From an uncultured delta proteobacterium (GTDB taxonomy: Bacteria; Myxococcota_A; Polyangia; Polyangiales; Polyangiaceae), in contig CAWAIF010000003.1 of the NCBI GenBank assembly GCA_963782055.1, positions 6,688,001 through 6,752,000 on the forward strand: DNA of 64,000 bases. The letters run 5' to 3'. The stretch's first letter is position 1; each line of letters begins with the position of its first letter. Positions 21,340 to 29,132 of this stretch are shown here, piece after piece. The notes beneath the pieces were generated by a model that saw only the letters and a program-made list of their open reading frames with translations, was not told the origin of the DNA and made no database searches. Made by a program: the position numbers and the translations under genes.

Positions 21340-22227
21340 TCAGCGCGACGAGAGGGCGCGGGCGCGGGCGGCGAGATCGCGCGCGCCCATGCGGTCGGTC
21401 CACGCGCCGAAGTCGGGGCTGGTGCCGCGCCATCGCAGATCCTCCAGCGTCTCATCGAGCGGCACGTCGGTGACCAGCGTGGCCAGCTCCTTGTAGAGCG
21501 CGAGGTCCTCGCGGGCACCGCGGAGTGTGCCGGCGAGGCGTGGCGCGCCGCGCACCCCGGCCGGCCACGCGGCGGGGTCGTCGGGGATGGCCTCCACGTG
21601 CTCGAAGCGCGCGAGGAGCGCCGCCGCGGTCTTGGCGCCGAAGCCGGTCAGGCCGGGGATGCCGTCGGCGGTGTCGCCGGTGAGGGCGAGCAGATCCGGA
21701 ATGCTCGCGGGTCCCACGCCGCGGACGGCGCGCATCGCCGCCTCGTCGATCTCCTTGCGGCGGATGCGGTCCACCTGCACCACGCGCCTGTCCGCCAGAC
21801 ATTGCCCGAAGTCCTTGTCCGGGCTGAGGATGCGCACCTGGGTGCACGCGCCGGCCGCGGGGGTCTCGCCGGCGGGCGGCGCGTGGCGACGCGCGGCCGT
21901 CGCGATGGCGTCGTCCGCCTCGTAGCGGCTCATCGACCAGACGGTGACGCCGGCGGCGCGCGTGGCCTCCTCCGCCGCGTCGAACTGCGCGTGCAGCTCG
22001 GGCGGGACGCCCTCGTCCGACTTGTAGCCGGCGAACATGTCGTTTCGGAAGGAGCGGATGGGGTTGTCGAAGGCGACCGCCAGGTGGGTGGCCTTCTCGT
22101 CGGGGTCGGCGAGCAGGGTGAGGAGCGAGGCGACCAGGCCAACTGTGGCCTTGTGGGGGCGGTCGGGCTTCGGTGAAAAGTGTGCGCGGTACAGCTCGAA
22201 GGTGCCGTCGATGAGGTGGAGGCGCAC
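21340..22227 (-). CDS. Stand-alone 5'-3' exonuclease / flap endonuclease
   Basis: LIDG, FR...F.GYK, YEADD, DKD, L.GDTADGIPG..G.G.KTA helix-hairpin-helix. Confidence 0.92.
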   Translation of the reverse strand: MRLHLIDGTFELYRAHFSPKPDRPHKATVGLVASLLTLLADPDEKATHLAVAFDNPIRSFRNDMFAGYKSDEGVPPELHAQFDAAEEATRAAGVTVWSMSRYEADDAIATAARRHAPPAGETPAAGACTQVRILSPDKDFGQCLADRRVVQVDRIRRKEIDEAAMRAVRGVGPASIPDLLALTGDTADGIPGLTGFGAKTAAALLARFEHVEAIPDDPAAWPAGVRGAPRLAGTLRGAREDLALYKELATLVTDVPLDETLEDLRWRGTSPDFGAWTDRMGARDLAARARALSSR

Positions 22228-22263
22228 GGGGTAGGTCCTGGGGAGAGAGGCTGGGGCGCGTCA

Positions 22264-22285
22264 GACCGTTAGCATGCTAACGGTC
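22264..22285. promoter_or_regulatory. Perfect 22-bp palindrome, candidate operator upstream of the exonuclease gene
   Basis: GACCGTTAGCA|TGCTAACGGTC, about 37 bp upstream of the GTG at 22227. Confidence 0.55.
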
Positions 22286-22370
22286 GCGCGCGGCGGAGGG
22301 GAAATCCTGCGGGGAAGGCGGCGCGGTACTTTTTCGGGAATGAGGGCGCGCGCGCGGTGGTTGCCATCCC

Positions 22371-22519
22371 GAACGACGGAGCGGCGCGGGCCTCTCCCCA
22401 AAAAAAGCAGTCGGCAAGCTACCCCGCCAAGCCAACGCTGTCGGCTGCGCCAAAAAAAAGGCGGCTCCCCCAAAGCCCCCTCCTCCCGGAGTCGCCGCAC
22501 CTGCGCCGCCCCGTCGTTT
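22371..22519. other. Structured intergenic element (candidate ncRNA, tandem terminator or small repeat element)
   Basis: Outer inverted repeat 22371-22390/22500-22519 encloses two hairpins (22407-22448, 22460-22496), each preceded by an A tract (A7, A8). Confidence 0.45.
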
Positions 22520-22826
22520 CTCTAACTCATCGCGATCTCGTCGCGACGCCCCCGCGGGGGGGCCCCTCCGGACTGCGCCCGTCGCCTGTCGGCGATGTTG
22601 TCGCGCGTGCGGTGGTTCGTGTGGTCCACCTCCTCGCCCGGAGGTCGGCCGCGCGTCGTCGGCCCTCGCGCAACCCGCGGGTGGCGCGTTCGACCGTCAG
22701 CACGATTGCGGTCGGCGGCACCCACCGGCTCCGGCAGCGAGGCTGCCATCGCGTGGCCCCGCTCCGGGCCTGAAGAGGTCCCACGCAGGGAGCCCGACGC
22801 GCAGCCGAGGGCCCGCGTGCAGAGCC

Positions 22827-23576
22827 CTAGAAGTCGAAGCTCAGGCCGCCGACGAAGGTGCTCGTCCCCACGCGCATGTCGCTGGAGGAGCCGAAGCCGT
22901 CCAGGTTGGAGAGCATCCACTCGCCGAAGAGGTTGGTGTAGTTGATGCCCACGCTGGTATCGAGGCGCAGGGCGGCGCGCGGGTCGAGCCAGTTGAGCGA
23001 GAGCGCCATACCCACCGCGAGCTGGAGCCCGGGGGTGAGGCCTTCGCCGCGGACGCCCTGGTAGTGCGAGATGCCCGTGTCGGTCGACGTGTTCCACAGC
23101 GCCAGCCCGACACCGCCCTTCACGTACGGGACGAGCGGCACGCCGTAGTCGTGCTCGAAGACGTCCACCCGGAGCACGGCCACGCCGTAGAAGGGGAAGA
23201 TCTCCAGGTTGGTGTCCTCCTGCGAGGCGCCGCCGCCGCTGGAGAGCTGCGCCTTGGCGCTGGACTTGGTGTAACCCGCGGCGAGGGCCGGGCCGATGGT
23301 CCCGAAGTGCGGGATGCGCAGCGCCTGCCAGTCGAACTCGGCGCCGAAGTAGAAGTCGGCGCCGCCGCCGTAGACATCATGGTAGGGGGTGCCGCTCAGG
23401 CCGGGCTGGGAGTCGACCTGCGGCCAGTAGGGGCCGAAGCGGAACTCCAGGGCGAAGTGCTGGGGCGACTGCACGTACCGCGCCTGCTGGCCGAGATCCT
23501 GCGCCGACGCGGTGCGCGCCGCGCCGGCCACGGCGACCGCGCCGAGCAGTGAGACCAGTACCGGTGTGGGCCTCAC
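22827..23576 (-). CDS. Myxobacterial outer-membrane beta-barrel (MXAN_2562-like)
   Basis: Signal peptide, FALEFRFGPY.P.VD, PLVPYVKGG, C-terminal ...GLSFDF beta signal; GTGA coupling to the upstream surface protein. Confidence 0.75.
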   Translation of the reverse strand: MRPTPVLVSLLGAVAVAGAARTASAQDLGQQARYVQSPQHFALEFRFGPYWPQVDSQPGLSGTPYHDVYGGGADFYFGAEFDWQALRIPHFGTIGPALAAGYTKSSAKAQLSSGGGASQEDTNLEIFPFYGVAVLRVDVFEHDYGVPLVPYVKGGVGLALWNTSTDTGISHYQGVRGEGLTPGLQLAVGMALSLNWLDPRAALRLDTSVGINYTNLFGEWMLSNLDGFGSSSDMRVGTSTFVGGLSFDF

Positions 23577-25018
23577 GCGCGACGCCTCCGTCGGACGAAG
23601 GCGATCGCGATGCCCACCATGCCGAGCACCATCACCGGCGCGCCCGCGGGGCCGCCCACCACCTCCAGCGCGCAGAAGCCGCCGCCGGCCGTGCCGCCGG
23701 CCTGCCTGTATTTCTTCCAGAAGTCGTCGACCGGCTGTGGCGTCGCGCACACCGCGCTGGAGACGTCACCGTCATTGCCGAAGGTGTCGTAGGCGGCGAC
23801 CGCGACGGCGTAGCTGGTGCCGTTGGTGAGGCCGGTCACCTGCGCGCTGACGTTGGTCGCGCCCGCCGCGGTGGCCATCGGCGAGAGGCCGGTCGTGTCC
23901 AGCGTGCCGCCATCGCCCGAGGCGGAGCAAGACGCGGTGGTGACGGGTTGCTGGTAGCAGCCGGCGTCGACGGGCACGACAACGGGGTTGCCTGCGTCGT
24001 CGGTGCCACCGTCGGTGAAGCCGCCGTCGGGGCAGACCGTGGTGGTGCCCGCGTCCGCCGGGCTGGCGCCGGAGGCCTCCACGAAGACGTGGTAGCCCGC
24101 GAGGTCCGGCTCGGTCGACGACGCCGACCACGACACCGAGAGGGCGCCGTCGATCCCCTCCGCCGTCACGCCGGTGGGCGCGCCGGGCCCGAGCAGCTTC
24201 ACCTGGATGGGATAGGGCGTGGACGCGGACACCGGGTTGGAGCTGCCGTCCAGCCAGATGAAGTTGACGTTGACCGTCGTCTCGCCGGAGCCCAGCCCGT
24301 TGTCGCAGACCGAGGAGTCCGCCGCCGTGTACGTCAGGTTCTTGGTGGACGAGCCGAGCTGGCTGACGAGGTCCTGGACGCGGACCTGCGCGATGACCGT
24401 GGACGACTGGGCGACGTTGGTCGGGTAGACCGGCCAGCACGTCGGGTTGGTGCCGGTGATCTCGCCCGTCGTCTGGCAGTTGTCCGCGCCCGCCCACACC
24501 TGGAGCGAGCTGCTGGTGGGAAGCCCGGTCAGCACCAGCGGGAAGTTGAAGGTCACGTCCTTCAGGCAATCGTCCCGGCTGATGCCCTGCTGCGTCCCGT
24601 TGACGATGCGCGTCGGCGCCGCCGAGCCGTCCGGGTACGTCCGGTACACCGCGGTCGTGGTGAAGGTCACCGTCTGGGCGAACGCGCGGGCCGGGGCGAG
24701 CCACGCGCACAGGGCGACGATCGCGAACACGAGCGGGCCAAGCGCGCGGGCCCGCCTGAGGTTCCGCGCTTGCGCGGACCGACGGCCCGAAGGGCGCACG
24801 GTACCGAGGTTCCGCGCTTGCGCGGACCGACGGCCCGAAGGGCGCACGGTACCGAGGTTCCGCGCTTGCGCGGACCGACGGCCCGAAGGGCGCACGGTAC
24901 CGAGGTTCCGCGCTTGCGCGGACCGACGGCCCGAAGGGCGCACGGTACCGAGGTTCCGCGCTTGCGCGGGCCGAGGGCGCCATCGAGGGCGGCGCGCACG
25001 GGGGAGACGCGTAGTCAT
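23573..25018 (-). CDS. FN3-domain surface protein with a MYXO-CTERM-like sorting signal (MXAN_2561-like); N-terminus contains a tandem repeat
   Basis: FN3 motifs (L.VSW...DLAGY.V, GLTNGTSY.V.V.AYD..GN), C-terminal GGGFC + TM + RRRRR; start uncertain. Confidence 0.78.
   Translation of the reverse strand: MTTRLPRARRPRWRPRPAQARNLGTVRPSGRRSAQARNLGTVRPSGRRSAQARNLGTVRPSGRRSAQARNLGTVRPSGRRSAQARNLRRARALGPLVFAIVALCAWLAPARAFAQTVTFTTTAVYRTYPDGSAAPTRIVNGTQQGISRDDCLKDVTFNFPLVLTGLPTSSSLQVWAGADNCQTTGEITGTNPTCWPVYPTNVAQSSTVIAQVRVQDLVSQLGSSTKNLTYTAADSSVCDNGLGSGETTVNVNFIWLDGSSNPVSASTPYPIQVKLLGPGAPTGVTAEGIDGALSVSWSASSTEPDLAGYHVFVEASGASPADAGTTTVCPDGGFTDGGTDDAGNPVVVPVDAGCYQQPVTTASCSASGDGGTLDTTGLSPMATAAGATNVSAQVTGLTNGTSYAVAVAAYDTFGNDGDVSSAVCATPQPVDDFWKKYRQAGGTAGGGFCALEVVGGPAGAPVMVLGMVGIAIAFVRRRRRA
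24758..24969. repeat. Perfect 48-bp tandem repeat, 4 full units plus 20 bp, made of REP-like palindromes
   Basis: Unit GAGGTTCCGCGCTTGCGCGGACCGACGGCCCGAAGGGCGCACGGTACC starts at 24758, 24806, 24854, 24902 and 24950. Confidence 0.95.
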
Positions 25019-25034
25019 CGCTGCACCATCTCGA

Positions 25035-25050
25035 AGCATAGCGCGTGCCA
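25035..25050 (-). promoter_or_regulatory. Candidate sigma54 (-24/-12) promoter for the MYXO-CTERM/OM-barrel operon
   Basis: TGGCAC-GCGCT-ATGCT on the minus strand matches TGGCAC-N5-TTGCW. Confidence 0.6.
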
Positions 25051-25210
25051 CGCGACGGCGTCGCCTTTCGCACGTGCGGCGGCCATGCATCCCGTCGGGA
25101 TGGCGGTCAAGGTGTCAGAAGTCGAGGCGGGCGAGGGCGCGTCGTGACAAACTGACAGGCGGAAGGTCCCTCGTTCCCACGCGCACGAAGGTGCGCTAAC
25201 GCGAAAGACG

Positions 25211-26428
25211 ATGCTGCACCTGATCCCCGCTCACCAGGGGCGCCCGGCGGACGACCCCATCTTCGCCCTCAACACCGAGGCCAACGCGCGGCGCGCGCGC
25301 GGCGAGTCGGTCGTCAACGCCACGGTCGGCGCGCTGCTCGACGACGACGGCAAGCTCGCCGTCCTCCCCACCGCGGCGCGTGCCGTCCACGAGGTGGCGA
25401 AGGAGGAGTGGGCGGCCTACGCCCCCATCGCCGGACCGAAGGATTTTCTGGGCGCGGTGATGGACGACCTGCTCCTCTCCCGCCCTTCGATGCGCGAGAT
25501 GGCGGTCGCCGCGGCCACGCCGGGCGGCAGCGGCGCGCTGCGCGAGGCCATCGCCAACTTCCTGGAGCCGGGGCAGGCGCTGCTCACCACCAGCTTCTTC
25601 TGGGGCCCGTACAAGACCCTCGCCGACGAGTCGGACCGGCGCGTGGCGACCTTCAACATGTTCGCGCCCGCGGGCGAGGGCGGGGAGCTCACCTTCGACG
25701 TGGGCGCGCTGGACCGCGCGCTGGACGCGACGATCAAGGAGCAGAAGCGGGCGCTGCTCTTCCTCAACGACCCGTGCCACAACCCCACCGGCTACTCCAT
25801 GAGCGAGGACGAGTGGCGGCAGGTCGTTGCGTGTATTCTGCAACATGCCGGGCGCGCGCCGGTGACTGTGCTGCTCGACGTCGCTTACGCCGCGTACGCC
25901 GCCAGCGACCCGCGCGCCTACCTGCCGGTGCTCGAGCCCCTCGCCGGCAAGGCGGGCCTGCTCTTCGCGTGGAGCGCGTCGAAGGCCTTCACCCACTACG
26001 GGCTGCGCGTCGGCGCGGTGGTGGCGTGCGTGCCCGACGCGAAGGAGCGCACGCAGACGCAGGCCGCCTTCAGCTACACGTGCCGCGGCACGTGGTCCAA
26101 CTGCAACCGCGGCGGCATGCGCGCCGTCACCCGCCTGCTGACCGACGCCGAGCTCGCGCCGAAGGTCACCGCCGAGCGCGACGAGCTCAAGGCCCTGCTC
26201 GCCGCGCGGGTGCGCGCCTTCAACGAGCACGCGAAGGCCGCGGGCCTGCGCTACCCGCGCTACGAGGGCGGGTTCTTCGTCACCGTCTTCTGCGACGAAG
26301 CGGCGGAGAAGGCGGCGAAGATGCGGGAGGCGGGGGTCTTCGTGGTCCCCATCAAGGGCGCGCTGCGCGTGGGGCTCTGCAGCGTGGCGGAGCGCGACAT
26401 CCCGCGCCTCGTCCAGGCGCTGGTGTGA
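25211..26428 (+). CDS. PLP-dependent aminotransferase, class I/II (aspartate aminotransferase-like)
   Basis: TPGGSGAL, DPCHNPTG, LDVAY, S.SK.F..YGLRVG. Confidence 0.9.
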   Translation: MLHLIPAHQGRPADDPIFALNTEANARRARGESVVNATVGALLDDDGKLAVLPTAARAVHEVAKEEWAAYAPIAGPKDFLGAVMDDLLLSRPSMREMAVAAATPGGSGALREAIANFLEPGQALLTTSFFWGPYKTLADESDRRVATFNMFAPAGEGGELTFDVGALDRALDATIKEQKRALLFLNDPCHNPTGYSMSEDEWRQVVACILQHAGRAPVTVLLDVAYAAYAASDPRAYLPVLEPLAGKAGLLFAWSASKAFTHYGLRVGAVVACVPDAKERTQTQAAFSYTCRGTWSNCNRGGMRAVTRLLTDAELAPKVTAERDELKALLAARVRAFNEHAKAAGLRYPRYEGGFFVTVFCDEAAEKAAKMREAGVFVVPIKGALRVGLCSVAERDIPRLVQALV

Positions 26429-26757
26429 AGGCGGGGCGCGCCGCACGCGCCGCGTTCCTCGCGCTGGCCACGCTGGCGGCGGGCGCCTGCGGCGGGAGCA
26501 GCGGCCCGGGGGCGTCCGGGCCGCCGGTCACCTGCAAGGCGAGGGCGTTCACCCCGAGCGGCGGGGACTGCACCCTCAACGCGGCGAGCTGCGACGACCA
26601 GCACGAGTACGAGCTGGACTGCGGCGGCGGCACCTGCACCTGCAACGTCAACGGCACGCCCGGCCGGTCGTTCTTCTCCAGCGACTTCTGCAACGCCGCC
26701 GACCTCGCCGCCGCGATCACCGCGGCCAACGCCCAGTGCGGCTGGAACGTCCAGTGA
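26425..26757 (+). CDS. Small Cys-rich lipoprotein
   Basis: GTGA coupling, lipobox AAGAC, multiple Cys, CGW near the C-terminus. Confidence 0.65.
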   Translation: MKAGRAARAAFLALATLAAGACGGSSGPGASGPPVTCKARAFTPSGGDCTLNAASCDDQHEYELDCGGGTCTCNVNGTPGRSFFSSDFCNAADLAAAITAANAQCGWNVQ

Positions 26758-26764
26758 CTCTCTG

Positions 26765-27985
26765 TCAGGCCAGCGCCTCGAAGAACTCGCACAGCTCGTC
26801 GTGGCGGGCGTGGGCGTCGGCGTAGCCGAGCTCGATGAGGCGCGAGGCGAAGCCGCCGTCGAAGAGGAGGTAGGAGAGGAGGTCGGCCTCGTTGCGACCG
26901 TCCTGCTCTGCGAGGCGGCGCATGAGGCGCCCGGTGATCCCCTGCACGTGCGAGAAGGCGGCGGAGCGCACGTACTCGGTGGCGAGCTGGCCGATGTCGC
27001 GCGACGCCCGCACCAGCATGCTGCTCATCGGCCTCAGGCCCCTGCCCGGCTTGTGGCCGAGCGTGACGTTCAGCTTGTCGACGAAGTCCGGCCCGTAGGC
27101 GCGCTTGCCGGCCTCCAGGATCTTGTTCACGCTCTCCAGCCGCGCCAGGTCGGTGTCGATGCGATCGAGCAGCAGCGCGTTGAGGGTCTTGCCGAGCAGG
27201 AAGAGCGGGCCGGGGAAGGCGTCCTCCACCTCCTCCTCCTCATCGCCGAGGGGAGTCGTCGGGATGAAGCGCGGGTTGATGACGAGCACGCCGTCGGCGC
27301 CCAGCCGCCGCGCCGGGGAGAGCGGCACGTTCTGCCGCAGGCCGCCGTCGCAGTAGTACTCGCCGTCGATGCGCACCGCGCGAAAGAGGATGGGGATGGC
27401 GGCGCTGGCGAGGGCGTGCGCGGGCGTGATCTCCTCCGCGCGCGGCTCGACGGTCGGGTCGGCGCTCCACGGCGGCAGGCCGGGCTCGCGGCGCTGGATG
27501 AAGACGACGGTCCTGCCGGTCGCGACGTGCGTGGTCGAGACGGTGAGGGCGTCGAGCAGCTCGTACTCCAGGTTGGCGCGGATGTGCGCGAAGGGGATCT
27601 CCCGCACGACGAGCCGCTCAAGCCCGGAGGGGTCGAGCAGGCCGCCCTCGCGCGCAGGGACGTCCCGGGCCCTGGGGGCGCGCCCGAGCAGGCGGCCGCC
27701 CATCGCGAACACACCGCGTACGTCCGGCGAGATCATGGCGTCGATGTCCAGGCCACGCCACACGTCCAGCAGCCGGCCGATGCGCTCGGCGGGCGGCATG
27801 TCGGCGAAGGCGGCGAGCGCGCACGCGTTGAGCGCGCCGACGGAGGTGCCGCACAGGATGTCCAGGTGGATGCGCCTGGACAGGGACCGGGCCACGTCCA
27901 GAAGGACGTACTTGACGATCCCCACCTCGTACGCGCCGCGCGCGGCACCTCCCGCGAGCACGAGCGCCACGCGCTTGCGTTTCAC
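26765..27985 (-). CDS. Patatin-like phospholipase
   Basis: LAGGAARGAY, GTSVG nucleophile, ASAAIP, DGG. Confidence 0.92.
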   Translation of the reverse strand: MKRKRVALVLAGGAARGAYEVGIVKYVLLDVARSLSRRIHLDILCGTSVGALNACALAAFADMPPAERIGRLLDVWRGLDIDAMISPDVRGVFAMGGRLLGRAPRARDVPAREGGLLDPSGLERLVVREIPFAHIRANLEYELLDALTVSTTHVATGRTVVFIQRREPGLPPWSADPTVEPRAEEITPAHALASAAIPILFRAVRIDGEYYCDGGLRQNVPLSPARRLGADGVLVINPRFIPTTPLGDEEEEVEDAFPGPLFLLGKTLNALLLDRIDTDLARLESVNKILEAGKRAYGPDFVDKLNVTLGHKPGRGLRPMSSMLVRASRDIGQLATEYVRSAAFSHVQGITGRLMRRLAEQDGRNEADLLSYLLFDGGFASRLIELGYADAHARHDELCEFFEALA

Positions 27986-28007
27986 CCGCCCGAGTATAGC
28001 GCCGCGC

Positions 28008-28718
28008 TCACTCGCAGTGGATCTCGTCGACGATCACCTTGCAGCCACCCTTGCAGTCGCGGGCGGGGGCCATCTTGCCGGAGCGGCACTGCAGCATCTG
28101 CTTGCCGTCCTCGGTGCAGGCGGCGTCGTCCTCGTGCTCGCACGCGTCCCCCACGGCGGCGATGGTGGTGTCACACTGGATCTTGTCGAACTGCTTGCGG
28201 CAGCCGTGCGCGCCGCGGCAGGGCGCGTCCGCCGCCATCTTGCCGGCCCGGCACACCATCATCTGCTTGCCGTCCGCCGTGCAGGCGTACGCGTTGTCGT
28301 CCTGGCAGGGCGCGCCCACCTCGGAGACGCTGTTGTCGCACTTGACCTGCTTGGCGCTGGAGACGCACGAGCCCGGGCCGAGACACTCGTCCACCTTCTT
28401 CCAGCGGCGCGATTTGCACTGGAGCATGGCCTTCTTGTCCACCGAGCACTCGTAGTCGTCCTGCGCGATGTCGCACGGCTCGCCGTCCAGGTAGCCGTCG
28501 TTGGCGCACTGCACGTCGGCGCCGGAGGCGACGCACCCGGCGGCCCCCCGGCACGGCAAGGCCGCCCAGTGACCGTCGGTGCAGACGAGGGAGTCGGTCT
28601 TGTCCGCGCAGACCTGCTTGCCCTCCTTGTCGCACGCCTCACCCGCCTTGGCCTTCGTGCAGCCCCCGAGGGGCACCAGCAGGATCGCGAAGGCGAGGAG
28701 CGCGGCCGGACGGGTCAT
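28008..28718 (-). CDS. Cys-rich repeat lipoprotein
   Basis: Lipobox LGGC; about four repeats of G..C......C..D.K.M..C......C.G..C. Confidence 0.8.
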   Translation of the reverse strand: MTRPAALLAFAILLVPLGGCTKAKAGEACDKEGKQVCADKTDSLVCTDGHWAALPCRGAAGCVASGADVQCANDGYLDGEPCDIAQDDYECSVDKKAMLQCKSRRWKKVDECLGPGSCVSSAKQVKCDNSVSEVGAPCQDDNAYACTADGKQMMVCRAGKMAADAPCRGAHGCRKQFDKIQCDTTIAAVGDACEHEDDAACTEDGKQMLQCRSGKMAPARDCKGGCKVIVDEIHCE

Positions 28719-28796
28719 GGGGACCGAGGATAGATCCCCGCGCTCGCGAGGCGAAGGCTCTTGGCCGCGGCCGCCCGGGGCGCTCAGCCGGGGCGC

Positions 28797-29075
28797 TCAG
28801 CCGGGGGCAGGCACGTCTGCCGCGGCCAGCTTGCGCCCGAGCTCACCGGAGCGATCCAGCGCGTGCAGCTCGTCGCTGCCGCCGATGGACTCGCCGTGGA
28901 TGAAGATCTGCGGGACCGTGCGGCGGCCTGTCGTCTCCACGAGCCAGGCGCGGCGCTCGGGATCGTCGGTGACGTCGATCTCGTCGAAGGCGATGCCCCG
29001 CTTCTTGAGCAGCGACTTCGCCCGGAAGCAGTAGGCGCAGTAGGTGGTTACGTAGACCTGAACGGGAGCGCTCAT
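28797..29075 (-). CDS. grxC: Glutaredoxin 3
   Basis: CAYC active site, TVPQIFI, IGG.DEL. Confidence 0.88.
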   Translation of the reverse strand: MSAPVQVYVTTYCAYCFRAKSLLKKRGIAFDEIDVTDDPERRAWLVETTGRRTVPQIFIHGESIGGSDELHALDRSGELGRKLAAADVPAPG

Positions 29076-29132
29076 CCCTCGTAACGTGGCACCGCTGCGG
29101 CGAGTTTCAAGTGGTACTCTCGTCCCCCCACC

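Noticed and set aside
22261..22826. Small ORFs in the intergenic gap
   Set aside because: Low-complexity Arg/Pro-rich translations without RBS or codon bias; more likely non-coding
24758..24969. Possible CRISPR array
   Set aside because: Units are identical over all 48 bp with no unique spacers, and there are no cas genes in the window
28775..28806. 13-bp tandem duplication CCGGGGCGCTCAG x2 at the grxC stop
   Set aside because: Short local slippage duplication with no evident consequence
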